From: an uncultured Candidatus Actinomarina sp.
GTDB lineage: Bacteria; Actinomycetota; Acidimicrobiia; Actinomarinales; Actinomarinaceae
Length of the DNA stretch: 64,000 nt
Assembly (NCBI GenBank): GCA_902582695.1
Contig: CACHTH010000002.1
Coordinates: 26,483-90,482 of the forward strand
Direction of reading: 5' to 3'
Positions 49,563-59,820 of this stretch are shown piece after piece. Made by a program: the position numbers and the translations under genes. Numbering within the stretch: position 1 is the first letter of the stretch; each line of letters begins with the position of its first letter. The notes beneath the pieces are model-generated. The model was given only the letters and a program-made list of their open reading frames with translations, did no database searches and was not told where the DNA came from.

Positions 49563-50476
49563 CAGTTAATTTATATAGGGATGGTTCTATAGAGTCTTCT
49601 CATGTAGTAAATCTTTACTCAAACAAAAAACAATATGACGATTATTTTTTTCCTAGGTCTTCAGTCAAACCAATGCAAGTGATTCCTTTATTGCTGGAGG
49701 CAACAAATCAAAATATTGAATTTACTTCTGAAGAGATAGCATTGTTTGCAGCATCACATTCTGGTCAAGTTGAGCATATAGAACTATTAAGAGAAACAGC
49801 AAAAAAATTTAAAGTTGATTTAGATAACATAATTTGTGGGCCACAGCGACCTTTTCATGATGAAACTGCAGATAATTTGCTAATAATAGGTGAGAAATTT
49901 ACTAAGTTGCACAACAATTGTTCTGGCAAGCATTTATCAATGTTGATATTTTCTAAATTATTATCTGTTGATAGCAGTAATTACTATGATTTAATTCATA
50001 AAACCCAAGAAATCACAAAGCAGTACTTTATCGAAATATTTGAAAATGAAGATATTGGATTTGGTATTGATGGATGTGGTCTGCCAGCAATTAATTTAAA
50101 TGTAACAAATTTTTTAAACTCTATAAAATTTATGCAAAAAACTCGAAGTGCTGAATCTTGGAATAAAGTATTTCAAGCTTATTTAGCTCATCCAGAAATA
50201 ATAGGTGGCGAAAATAGAACGGATACAAATATAATAATAAATTCAGAACGAAAACTTTTAGCAAAATCAGGTGCAGAAGGAGTATTGTTTGTTACTGATA
50301 ATAGCGAATCCTTTATATTTAACTGTACAGATGGTAGCAAAAGAGGAGTAGATTTGGCTGCGTCTTACTTTTTATATTCAAATGGCTGGATAAATAAAAA
50401 GCCTTTTGAATATCTTGATAATATATACACATCTAATAGGCAAAATACGCGTGCTGTAGAAATAGAAGTAGTTTAA
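49541..50476 (+). CDS. L-asparaginase II (rhizobial-type) family protein
   Basis: RSSVKPMQ, ASHSG, HNNCSGKH, DGCGLP, AKSGAEG. Confidence 0.85.
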   Translation: MSEDNKLTVNLYRDGSIESSHVVNLYSNKKQYDDYFFPRSSVKPMQVIPLLLEATNQNIEFTSEEIALFAASHSGQVEHIELLRETAKKFKVDLDNIICGPQRPFHDETADNLLIIGEKFTKLHNNCSGKHLSMLIFSKLLSVDSSNYYDLIHKTQEITKQYFIEIFENEDIGFGIDGCGLPAINLNVTNFLNSIKFMQKTRSAESWNKVFQAYLAHPEIIGGENRTDTNIIINSERKLLAKSGAEGVLFVTDNSESFIFNCTDGSKRGVDLAASYFLYSNGWINKKPFEYLDNIYTSNRQNTRAVEIEVV

Positions 50477-50542
50477 AAAAAATTCAAAAATAAGAAATTT
50501 AATCCAATTATTACTAATATATAAGTAACAACAGGGTAATAA

Positions 50543-53188
50543 ATGTATTTAAAATCATTAGATATTAATGGGTTCAAGTCTTTTGCAGAAAAGACAACTA
50601 TTCAATTATCAGACGAAGTAAATGTTATTGTTGGACCTAATGGTTCTGGAAAGTCAAATGTAGTAGATGCAATATCTTGGGTATTGGGAACCCAAAGCCC
50701 CGCCACTCTTAGAACTAACAAGATGGAAGATGTGATATTTGCTGGTACTGAAAAATTATCAGAAAAAGGATTTGCTGAGGTCTATTTAAATTTCGAAGTT
50801 GATGAACAAAAATTTAACGGAAATAGTGAAATTTCCATAGGAAGAAAACTGTTTAGAGATGGTACTTCTGAATACTTTATGAATGGCTTAAATTGCAGAT
50901 TGTTAGATATTCAAGAGTTTTTAAGTGACGTAGGTATAGGTAAACAGCAACATATCATAATTTCACAAGGTCAAATCGCTGAAATATTGAATTCAAAGCC
51001 TGAGGATCACAGATTAACAATTGAAGAAGCTTCAGGAATTTTACCTTTAAGGTCGAAAAAAGAAAAAGCGCTTAAGAGAATTGAATCTGGTGATAAAGAA
51101 ATCAAAAGAGCCAAAGATGTTTTACGTGAGATTAGAAAACAACTAAAGCCTCTACAGGAACAAGCTGAGCAGGCAAGGCTTCATGAAGATGTAACAAATC
51201 AATTAAAAGATAGAAATATAAAACTACATACTTTGCTTTATAGAAAATTTCAAAATGAATATGAAGATTTAAAAATTAAAGAAAATGAACTTTCAAATTC
51301 AATTGATTCTATTGAGTTAAAAGTTGAAAATTTGAAAAAAGAAAAACTTAGAATAAATAATGAACTTGGCGATGGAGTTTCCATTGGCTCTACATTCAAA
51401 GAATATTCTTCAAAAATTAACAATGTTACTGAACAATTAAGATCAATTGCTCAAGTGGCAAATGAAAGAAAAGATAATTTAGAACGTGAAGATTTTAGGA
51501 ATATAGAGCAAATAAATAAAATTTCAAAAAAAATAGATCAAAATTCAGATCAAATAAATATGCTTTCTAATCAGTTGGTGTCTAAACAATATTCTTTAAA
51601 GAATCTTCAATCAACTTATGATGATTTAAAAACTCAACTCGAATCTGTTATTAAGAAGTCTTCTGCATCAAAAGAAGTAAATGAAGCTTTGCTAGAAAAT
51701 GAAATTAAGTCACTACAAAAGAACATATCTGAAACATCACAAGATTTAGGAGTACTAAATCTTGAGCTTAGTAAGTGGGAGAGCGATGTTAAAAATTCAG
51801 AAGACCTTTTACAGAAATTTAATAATGATATTAAAAGCACTGAATTTAATACTTATTCAAAAGATGAATATGTTACTTTTCATCAAAATATCTTGAATAG
51901 GGAATTTAACTCATCAAAAGAAAAAATAGATCAAATAACTTCTAAGAATGAATCTATGGAAAGAGAATTAAGTCAAAAAGAAGTATTGCTTTCTGGAATT
52001 AATCAAAATGAAGAGTTCAAAATTGATATAAATAATCAGAAGATTGATTTAGAAAAACAGATTGAAAATTTAGAAAATCAAATAACCTCAATCTCTAACC
52101 AATTAGTTACTTCTCAAGAAAGAATCAAAAATCTTACGGAACAAAATAATGAATTTATTAATGAAAAAGAAAAAATTTCATCTACTAAAAATGCAACTTC
52201 AAAATCAGATTTACAAAAACTTGTTTCTGAAATAAAAGACTTTATTACATTTACAAATAAAACTAGTAATTTATTAGCTCAAAAATCTGAAGAGTTTGAT
52301 GATAAGTATGGAAATACTAATAAAAAAATTCAGAAAATCGATTCAGAAATTGAACAGTTAAATAAAAATTATTTTGATATAAAAGAGGAAAAAACCGCAG
52401 TAGTAATTAAACTATCTGAAAATCAAGTTTCTACATCATCTCATTTTTCTACATTAAAAAATATTTATGGTTTGAATGACGAAAGTCTTGTTAATGTCCA
52501 AACTGATGGATTGATTCAACATACTTTAGAAAATGAAATAAAAAATTATGAAACTCAATTAGAAAATATCGGTACAGTAAATTATTTAGCTAAAGAAGAT
52601 TTTGAAACCTTAAATTCAAGACATGAAGAAATAACAGGAAACATAGAGGACTTAAATTTAGCCAAAAAAGAATTGAATTCACATATTAAAGAAATTGAAA
52701 ATGAAATATCATTTAGAATTGAGTCTTCATTTAATTCAATTTCAGTACATTTTTCTGAAATATTTGAAACTTTGTTCCCTGGAGGAAAAGGATCTTTGTC
52801 ATTCACAGATAAAGAAAATATTTTAGAAACTGGAATTGATATTTCGGTACAACCTAAAGGCAAAAAGGTTAAGAAATTAAGTTTATTATCTGGTGGGGAA
52901 AGATCTTTAGCTGCAATAGCATTCTTGTTCTCTATATTTAAGTCATTCCCAAGCCCTTTTTATATACTTGATGAAGTTGAAGCTGCACTCGATGATGCTA
53001 ATTTACATAGAATGATTAACTTATTAAAGCATGTAAAGGGAGATGCTCAATATATTATTGTTACACACCAACAGCAGACTATGCATGCTGGTGATGTTTT
53101 ATATGGGGTCACTATGGAGCCAGGCTCTGGATCAAGAGTGTTTACAAAAACTAAAGCAGATTTTGAAGAATTGATAAACAAATCATGA
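50543..53188 (+). CDS. smc: Chromosome segregation ATPase SMC (short, 881 aa)
   Basis: GFKSFA, Walker A GPNGSGKSN, Q-loop ISQG, LSGGE, Walker B ILDEVEAALD. Confidence 0.9.
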   Translation: MYLKSLDINGFKSFAEKTTIQLSDEVNVIVGPNGSGKSNVVDAISWVLGTQSPATLRTNKMEDVIFAGTEKLSEKGFAEVYLNFEVDEQKFNGNSEISIGRKLFRDGTSEYFMNGLNCRLLDIQEFLSDVGIGKQQHIIISQGQIAEILNSKPEDHRLTIEEASGILPLRSKKEKALKRIESGDKEIKRAKDVLREIRKQLKPLQEQAEQARLHEDVTNQLKDRNIKLHTLLYRKFQNEYEDLKIKENELSNSIDSIELKVENLKKEKLRINNELGDGVSIGSTFKEYSSKINNVTEQLRSIAQVANERKDNLEREDFRNIEQINKISKKIDQNSDQINMLSNQLVSKQYSLKNLQSTYDDLKTQLESVIKKSSASKEVNEALLENEIKSLQKNISETSQDLGVLNLELSKWESDVKNSEDLLQKFNNDIKSTEFNTYSKDEYVTFHQNILNREFNSSKEKIDQITSKNESMERELSQKEVLLSGINQNEEFKIDINNQKIDLEKQIENLENQITSISNQLVTSQERIKNLTEQNNEFINEKEKISSTKNATSKSDLQKLVSEIKDFITFTNKTSNLLAQKSEEFDDKYGNTNKKIQKIDSEIEQLNKNYFDIKEEKTAVVIKLSENQVSTSSHFSTLKNIYGLNDESLVNVQTDGLIQHTLENEIKNYETQLENIGTVNYLAKEDFETLNSRHEEITGNIEDLNLAKKELNSHIKEIENEISFRIESSFNSISVHFSEIFETLFPGGKGSLSFTDKENILETGIDISVQPKGKKVKKLSLLSGGERSLAAIAFLFSIFKSFPSPFYILDEVEAALDDANLHRMINLLKHVKGDAQYIIVTHQQQTMHAGDVLYGVTMEPGSGSRVFTKTKADFEELINKS

Positions 53189-53577
53189 ACGATCAAGAAT
53201 TAGCTCAATTAGCTAGAGATACTGCAAAAAAAGCTTATGCACCATATTCAAATTTTAGAGTTGGAGCAGCACTTATTACAGATTCAGGAAATGTATATAC
53301 AGGTTGCAATATAGAAAATGTATCCTATCCAGCAACTGTTTGTGGAGAGGATGTAGCTGTACTCAAAGCCATTTCAGAAGGTGAAACAAAAATTGATATA
53401 TTAGCTGTAGCATGTATTGATGCAGATGAAGAAGCAATATTTCCTTGTGGTGTTTCCAGGCAGCGAATGTCAGAGTTTGGTGTTGAGGATGTAATTGTTG
53501 TTCACAAGGACAGTTTTGAAAAATATAAATTCGACGATGTGCTCCCGTACAATAATAAAATTCAGTTTAAAGATTAA
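53185..53577 (+). CDS. cdd: Cytidine deaminase family protein
   Basis: AYAPYSNFRVGAAL, GCNIEN, CGE, PCGVSRQ. Confidence 0.85.
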   Translation: MNDQELAQLARDTAKKAYAPYSNFRVGAALITDSGNVYTGCNIENVSYPATVCGEDVAVLKAISEGETKIDILAVACIDADEEAIFPCGVSRQRMSEFGVEDVIVVHKDSFEKYKFDDVLPYNNKIQFKD

Positions 53578-54491
53578 ATATTGTCGTTCAATTTAGGTAT
53601 AACACTTAGCGTGTCACCGACTATGCCTAAATCTGCTAATTGAAAAATAGGAGCTTCCTCATCCTTGTTAATAGCTATCACAAATTTTGAATCTTTCATA
53701 CCAACTTGATGCTGAGTTGCTCCAGAAATTCCACATGCAATATATACATCTGGCTTTACAGTTTTTCCTGTTTGTCCTACTTGTTGTGAATAGGGCATCC
53801 AACCAGCGTCAACTATTGCTCTAGTACCACCAATAGCTGCATTCAATTTTGAAGCTAAAGTTTCAATTAATTCTAAATTCTCTTTGTCGACCATGCCTCT
53901 ACCAGCTGATATGACAACTTTAGAATCTTCAAGCTGTGGACCAGATTTTTCTTCAATAAATATATCAAAAACTTCTAAATCGCTACCGTCTAAGTCAATA
54001 GTTTCAAAATCGTCATTAAAATTTACCTCAACAGGATCAAATGCTTTTGGTCTTATTAGTAATAGTGCTTGATCTGAATTAATTTTTGTTTTGTATAAAC
54101 TTTCTCCACCATTTATAGAATTCACGGTAGATACATTTCCTGATGCGACATCAAAATCAATAACATTTGATACTGGACTACTGTTTAAATCTACAGACAA
54201 AAATGAAATTAAATCCCTACACATGTATGTTGAAGATCCAAGAATTAAACTGATTTCCTCATTTTTAATTATTTCAGAAATTTTTGTTGCAGCTTTTGAT
54301 AAATTTAATGAATTGTTTTGCCTTTTGAGATAGGTTTGTTTACAAAGATCAAGACCGATTGATGGATTTTCATCACTACCGACAGTTACAACTTGAACAT
54401 CTAAATCTAAGGACTTTGCTTTGCCTAATATTTCCAAAGTTCCAGAACTTAGGTTGTTGTTTATAATTTCACCAATTATTAAAGTTTTCAT
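53574..54491 (-). CDS. etfA: Electron transfer flavoprotein alpha subunit
   Basis: QVGQTGKTVKP, GISGATQHQVGM, AINKDEEAPIF. Confidence 0.95.
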   Translation of the reverse strand: MKTLIIGEIINNNLSSGTLEILGKAKSLDLDVQVVTVGSDENPSIGLDLCKQTYLKRQNNSLNLSKAATKISEIIKNEEISLILGSSTYMCRDLISFLSVDLNSSPVSNVIDFDVASGNVSTVNSINGGESLYKTKINSDQALLLIRPKAFDPVEVNFNDDFETIDLDGSDLEVFDIFIEEKSGPQLEDSKVVISAGRGMVDKENLELIETLASKLNAAIGGTRAIVDAGWMPYSQQVGQTGKTVKPDVYIACGISGATQHQVGMKDSKFVIAINKDEEAPIFQLADLGIVGDTLSVIPKLNDNI

Positions 54492-55237
54492 ATTACTTTT
54501 AACTCTTTCAATTTGTTTACAATTTCTTGATAGGCTTCACCTTCATCAACAATTTTCTCACCGGATTTAGAATTTTCGACTGTTTCAATATCTATGAATT
54601 CAAGATTCTGAGTTGTGTTGATGGTTAAGTCACTGATTGAAACCTGTTCTATTGGTTTGGACTTAGCTGCCATAATATCTTTAAAGTTTGGGTATCTTGG
54701 TTCAACCCCACCTGCAGTTACAGATATAACACATTTTTCAGGCATATTTAATTTTTCAGAGCCTTCTACAGTCTGTCTAGTTAAAGTAACGTTATCATTA
54801 ATTTCAACTGCTTTTACATATGAAATACATTCTAAGTCAAGATATCTTGAAACTTGCTGTGGAACCGTGCCAGAATAACCATCTGTGGACTCAGTGCCAA
54901 ATATTACAATATCTGCCGACAGAGACTTTGCTAATTCACTAAGAACATTTGCAGTCATTAATGAGTTCGCACCCTTTAAGGATTCGTCATCAACAAATAC
55001 AGCTTTGTCTGCTCCCATTTGAAGTGCTTGTTGGAGACCTTTCTGTGTTCCAGATGGTCCCATTGAAATTATTGTGACTTCTGCATCAAATTTTTCTTTT
55101 AACTGGAGAGCAACTTCAATTCCATATCTGTCGGTATCATCTAAGACTTGTTCTTCAGGTCTTTCAATTGTTCCATTACTGTATGTAACTTCATTTGCTG
55201 GATCAGGAATTTGTTTAGCACAAACTGCAATTTTCAT
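54488..55237 (-). CDS. etfB: Electron transfer flavoprotein beta subunit
   Basis: MKIAVCAKQIPD, ALQMGAD, EPRYP...IMAAKSKP. Confidence 0.95.
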   Translation of the reverse strand: MKIAVCAKQIPDPANEVTYSNGTIERPEEQVLDDTDRYGIEVALQLKEKFDAEVTIISMGPSGTQKGLQQALQMGADKAVFVDDESLKGANSLMTANVLSELAKSLSADIVIFGTESTDGYSGTVPQQVSRYLDLECISYVKAVEINDNVTLTRQTVEGSEKLNMPEKCVISVTAGGVEPRYPNFKDIMAAKSKPIEQVSISDLTINTTQNLEFIDIETVENSKSGEKIVDEGEAYQEIVNKLKELKVI

Positions 55238-55259
55238 ATCTATATATTAATTTATGTTT

Positions 55260-56084
55260 TTAATTATCTGAATTTAATTCAGATAAAAATTCCTTCATAA
55301 ACCCTTGTAGTTTTTGTTTTGACTTATCAGCAATTTCAACAACTTCTTCATGGTTTAGTGGATCTTTACTTATTCCTGCTGCAAGATTTGTAACTAGAGA
55401 AAAGGCACTGATTTCCATACCAGCGTGTTTGGCAACTATTGCTTCTGGAACAGTAGACATCCCAACTAAGTCAGCTCCAATATTTTTTGCATATTGAACT
55501 TCTGCGGGCGTTTCGTACGATGGTCCCGTGAACCATGCATAGATACCTGTCTTAAATTCAAAATGATTTTCTGATACCTTTTCGGCAAGTTTTAAGAAAT
55601 TACTACTATAAACTTCAGACATATCTGGAAATCTTGGACCAAACGTATCAAGGTTCTTGCCAATTAATGGATTATCTCCGGTTAAATTTATATGGTCCGT
55701 GATTGAAATTATATCTCCCGGAACATAATTATCTGATATACCACCAGCTGCATTTGTTAGTACAAGGTTTTTTACACCAAGCAATGAAAAAGCTCTAATG
55801 GGAATTACGAGGTCTTGGATAGGGTATCCTTCATAATAATGTGCCCTTCCTGACAAAATTGCAGTTAATTTATTATTAATGGACACTAAAGACAATTTAC
55901 CGGCATGTCCTTCAATTGATGGAGTTAAAAAATTAGGAATATCTGAGTAATCTACTTGGCTTAATGGTTCATAGTTATCCTCAAAGCCCCCCATTCCCGA
56001 ACCTAAAACAATCATCGTATCTATGTTTTTATTATTGGTAAAAGAATTTATAAAGTCTTTAGCCTCGTTTATTTTTTCAATCAT
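55260..56084 (-). CDS. punA: Purine-nucleoside phosphorylase (trimeric type)
   Basis: VLGSG, GRAHYYEG, TNAAGG, GPSYETPAE, GMSTVPE. Confidence 0.93.
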   Translation of the reverse strand: MIEKINEAKDFINSFTNNKNIDTMIVLGSGMGGFEDNYEPLSQVDYSDIPNFLTPSIEGHAGKLSLVSINNKLTAILSGRAHYYEGYPIQDLVIPIRAFSLLGVKNLVLTNAAGGISDNYVPGDIISITDHINLTGDNPLIGKNLDTFGPRFPDMSEVYSSNFLKLAEKVSENHFEFKTGIYAWFTGPSYETPAEVQYAKNIGADLVGMSTVPEAIVAKHAGMEISAFSLVTNLAAGISKDPLNHEEVVEIADKSKQKLQGFMKEFLSELNSDN

Positions 56085-56103
56085 ATGTTTACAGATTAAT
56101 AAT

Positions 56104-57255
56104 CTATATTTGATTTAAAAAGCTTTTACCTGGGAATATATTTTCTAAATTAAAAAATTCTGACACAGTAGAGGCTATATTTGCAAAGCTTTCAACATCG
56201 CCAATATAATTTGCTTTACCGTTATTTTTATATGCAACAAACGGAACATATTCCCTTGAGTGATCAGTTTTTCCATCTGTTGGGTCTGTGCCGTGATCTC
56301 CAGTTAAAATAAGTAAATCATTTTCGTTTAATAGTTCAATAACTTTTCCTATACCTTTATCTATTATTTGTAAACCTTTGTAGTAACCATCAGGGTCTTC
56401 TCTGTGACCATACAACATATCTAGATCTACTAAATTAACAAAAGTAAAATCACTATCTCCGGACTCAACTTCTTTTAACAAACAGTCAATACCATTTTGA
56501 TCGCCTTCAGTATGGACATAACTATTAAGAAATTCAATACCAAACAAATCAGAAATCTTCCCTATTCCATAAGTTTTTAAATTATTTTTTGATGCATAAC
56601 TAAGAATTGTTTCTCCAGGTGGATTCATTCCATAATCTTTCCTATCATAAGTTCTTTCAAAAGCGTTGACAGGACCTCTAAATGGTCGAGCAATTACTCT
56701 ACCTATGTTGTACTGATTACAGTGTTTTCTAGAAATCTCACAAATTCTATAAAGCTCTTCAAGACTGCATACATCTTCATGAGCAGCTATTTGAAAAACT
56801 GAGTCACCAGATGTGTATAAAATTAGTTCTTTTGTTTGCATATGTTGTTCACCAAGGTCCTTTATAATTTCAGTACCTGAAGCATGAATATTCCCAATAA
56901 ATTTATAATTAATTTCATCTTCAATCTTGCTTATAAGTTCATGAGGAAATCCATCTGGAAATGTTTCAAATTCCTTTGTTGTTATTAAACCTGCAATTTC
57001 CCAATGTCCTGTGGTTGAGTCGTTTCCTATAGATACTTCAGAAAGCCTACCAACAGTTGCTGCATGCTCAGTGCCTAGTCCTAAAACATTAGTAATCTTT
57101 CCAAAACCTAATTTATCAAAAGTGGGTAAATCAACACCTTGAACATGTTTTGCGACATTACCAAGTGTATTTACACCTTTGTCTCCATATTGTTTTGCAT
57201 CAGGTGCTTCACCAACACCTAAAGAATCTATTACAACAAGAAAACATCTTTTCAT
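56104..57255 (-). CDS. deoB: Phosphopentomutase
   Basis: VIDSLGVG, DSTTGHWE, RVIARPF, DMLYGHR, GDHGTDPT, DHSREYVP. Start set at ATG 57255 (TAATG overlap with upp). Confidence 0.94.
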   Translation of the reverse strand: MKRCFLVVIDSLGVGEAPDAKQYGDKGVNTLGNVAKHVQGVDLPTFDKLGFGKITNVLGLGTEHAATVGRLSEVSIGNDSTTGHWEIAGLITTKEFETFPDGFPHELISKIEDEINYKFIGNIHASGTEIIKDLGEQHMQTKELILYTSGDSVFQIAAHEDVCSLEELYRICEISRKHCNQYNIGRVIARPFRGPVNAFERTYDRKDYGMNPPGETILSYASKNNLKTYGIGKISDLFGIEFLNSYVHTEGDQNGIDCLLKEVESGDSDFTFVNLVDLDMLYGHREDPDGYYKGLQIIDKGIGKVIELLNENDLLILTGDHGTDPTDGKTDHSREYVPFVAYKNNGKANYIGDVESFANIASTVSEFFNLENIFPGKSFLNQI

Positions 57256-57875
57256 TAGGTTGTTCCGAAAAGCCTGTCTCCCATATCGCCTAGTCCAGGA
57301 ACTATGTACCAATTCTCATTAAGTTTTTCATCTATTTTTGCAGTTACTAAAGTAATGTCACTGTGTTCCTTTTTCAATCTTTCAATACCTTCCGGAGCAG
57401 AAATTACTGTTAAAGCAATTATGCTTTTAGGATTGTTTTCTTTGACCTTGTCTATTGCAAATGAAAGAGAACCACCAGTAGCAAGCATAGGTTCTAGAAT
57501 AAAAACATTTTTATTTTCTAAGTTTGGTAAATTCTCGTAATAATACTCAGGAGTAGCTGTCTCTTCATTTCTTTGAACTCCGATGTATCCAAATGAAGTA
57601 CTAGGTAGTAGGTTCTTGACACCATCAACAAGACCTAAACCTGCTCTTAAAACTGCAATAGCAACATTCTCATTTTCAATTTCTAAACCATCAATACTGG
57701 TTAAAGGAGTCTCTATAGGTTTTACTTTTGTTGATATGTTTTTTGTACCTTCAATAAAAAGCAGATATGACAATTTAGAGGAGTATTCTCTAAAATTTTC
57801 GAAATCTGTTTCCTTGTCTCGAATTATTGTTAGATAGTGATCTTTTAAAGGATGTGAAATTTCAATTACTTGCAT
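57255..57875 (-). CDS. upp: Uracil phosphoribosyltransferase
   Basis: VLRAGLG, PMLATGGS, YIVPGLGDMGDRLFGT. Confidence 0.96.
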   Translation of the reverse strand: MQVIEISHPLKDHYLTIIRDKETDFENFREYSSKLSYLLFIEGTKNISTKVKPIETPLTSIDGLEIENENVAIAVLRAGLGLVDGVKNLLPSTSFGYIGVQRNEETATPEYYYENLPNLENKNVFILEPMLATGGSLSFAIDKVKENNPKSIIALTVISAPEGIERLKKEHSDITLVTAKIDEKLNENWYIVPGLGDMGDRLFGTT

Positions 57876-58002
57876 CAAAATTAGGTTAGCAAAACATTAA
57901 ATCTTTTCTAGTTATTTTTATGAAGAAGTTAATCTATTTTATGTACATTTTATGTCTCACTTCATGTAAGATAATGTATTGCAATTTAAATAAAGGAAAT
58001 TA

Positions 58003-58407
58003 ATGCCTGTAAGAATAAGACTTGCTCAAAGAGGTAAGAAAAAAAATAGAACATTCCGTGTGATTGTTGCTGACTCTCGTTCACCAAGAGATGGCAAATT
58101 TATAGAAGATTTAGGTTATTACGATCCACATCACAACCCATCGATGGTTGAAATTGATGTAGACAAAGCTGTTGCTTGGTTAGATAAAGGAGCACAACCT
58201 TCAGAAAGAGCACAAAAAATATTAGAAATTTCAGGTGCATGGGCACAATGGCGTTCGACTAAAGGAGAGGTTGTTTCCATACCACAAGCTCCTGAAGAAA
58301 AAATTAAAAGCAGTTCAAAAGCTAATAAAAAACAACAAGAAGAAAATTTAGACGAAGAAAATAACAATGAATCTTCTGAAGAATCTTCTGATAAGGAAGA
58401 AGAATAA
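58003..58407 (+). CDS. rpsP: 30S ribosomal protein S16 with acidic tail
   Basis: VRIRL, ADSRSPRDGKFIE, GAQPSE. Confidence 0.96.
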   Translation: MPVRIRLAQRGKKKNRTFRVIVADSRSPRDGKFIEDLGYYDPHHNPSMVEIDVDKAVAWLDKGAQPSERAQKILEISGAWAQWRSTKGEVVSIPQAPEEKIKSSSKANKKQQEENLDEENNNESSEESSDKEEE

Positions 58408-58658
58408 TGGCTTCAGGTACAATTGTTAAAAATGTTGTTGAGTACATCGTTAACCAGATTGTAGAAGATACTAAATCTGTAAAAGTTGATGTTGCAGACT
58501 CTGATGATGAAAATGTAACTATAGAGGTTAGAACTTCACCAGATGATATGGGAAGAGTCATTGGTAAAAGAGGAAGAGTCGCAAGAGCAATCAGAACTGT
58601 TGCACAAGCTGCAGCTGATGAAGAAGGCTTACAATCTTCTGTAGAATTTATTGACTAA
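58407..58658 (+). CDS. khpA: KH-domain RNA-binding protein
   Basis: DMGRVIGKRGRVARAIRT; located between rpsP and rimM. Confidence 0.9.
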   Translation: MASGTIVKNVVEYIVNQIVEDTKSVKVDVADSDDENVTIEVRTSPDDMGRVIGKRGRVARAIRTVAQAAADEEGLQSSVEFID

Positions 58659-59127
58659 TCAAAACTATTTTATTGTAGGTAAGTTAGGTAAACCACATTC
58701 CTTAAAAGGTTTTCAATATATAAATATTGAATATTTTTTTCGCGATTTCGATTTAAAAGAAATTACATTACAAATTAATAGTGTAAATTTGGTTGTTGAG
58801 GAATTTAAAAAACATTTAAAAAATAGAAATTTAATCAAATTCAAATCTTATGACACGATTGAATCAATTAGTAAATTAAGAAATATGGATGTAAAAATTA
58901 ATAAAGATTTACTTGATTCATTTTTTAATGAAGATAAATTACCATGGCCAGGTTTTTTTATTGGACAGAAATTAAATAATAATTATAAGTTGTTAAGTTA
59001 TGAGGTACTTAATAACATTTATTTCTGCAAAATTAGTGGCATAGAAATGAGTGTCCCATACAACAGTAATTTTTTTATTTTTGAAAACGATAATTTAACT
59101 TTATTGGATAGTAGCTTAACTATTTAA
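58651..59127 (+). CDS. rimM: Ribosome maturation factor RimM (divergent)
   Basis: IVGKLGKPHSLKG, LIKF; synteny with rpsP-khpA. Confidence 0.75.
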   Translation: MTNQNYFIVGKLGKPHSLKGFQYINIEYFFRDFDLKEITLQINSVNLVVEEFKKHLKNRNLIKFKSYDTIESISKLRNMDVKINKDLLDSFFNEDKLPWPGFFIGQKLNNNYKLLSYEVLNNIYFCKISGIEMSVPYNSNFFIFENDNLTLLDSSLTI

Positions 59128-59820
59128 CCATTCAAATAATTTAATACTTATATTATCTTCAAGCATATTCTCAGGATGCCATTGCACGCCTACTGCATCC
59201 CAACCATTTGTGACTTCTATACCCTCAATAACACCATCAGATGATTTAGCAGTAATTTCTAAGTCTTGACCAAGTTTGTTTATTGCCTGATGGTGAATTG
59301 AATTGACTTGTATTTCATTTTCTTGAATTATTTTATATAATTTTGAATTACTTTCTACATTTACATCATGAACATGTGAACGTGCATCATCAAACGGTCT
59401 GTCGTGTTTGATTTTAGTAAATCCACTATCCTCAAGATCTTGATAAAGTGTTCCACCTTTATAAACATTTAGTAATTGATGTCCTCTACATATAGCAAGA
59501 GTTTTTACATTATGTTTTTCTGCAGATTTAAGCATAGTCAACTCTGTGCTATCCCTATGGTCCGAAATTCTTATTGTTTTTTCAAGTTTTTCTTCTCCAT
59601 AAATATTTGGATTAATATCACCACCACCTGAAATTACTATTGCATCAAATTTTGATACGTCTATTGTTTCTGAATTTTCGTGTGGTCCAAAAATTACAGC
59701 AGTATTTCCATAGTTGTTACATGCTTTAACAAAATCATCATTAATTACAACACATGGAATATTACCAGGCGCCATGTCTACATTTTTAAGACCAGTGGAT
59801 ATTCCTATTAATTTACTCAT
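59116..59820 (-). CDS. Gamma-glutamyl-GABA hydrolase family (peptidase C26, PuuD-like)
   Basis: SGGGDINP, AICRGHQ, GGTLYQD, VNSIHHQA, VQWHPE. Confidence 0.85.
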   Translation of the reverse strand: MSKLIGISTGLKNVDMAPGNIPCVVINDDFVKACNNYGNTAVIFGPHENSETIDVSKFDAIVISGGGDINPNIYGEEKLEKTIRISDHRDSTELTMLKSAEKHNVKTLAICRGHQLLNVYKGGTLYQDLEDSGFTKIKHDRPFDDARSHVHDVNVESNSKLYKIIQENEIQVNSIHHQAINKLGQDLEITAKSSDGVIEGIEVTNGWDAVGVQWHPENMLEDNISIKLFEWLNS

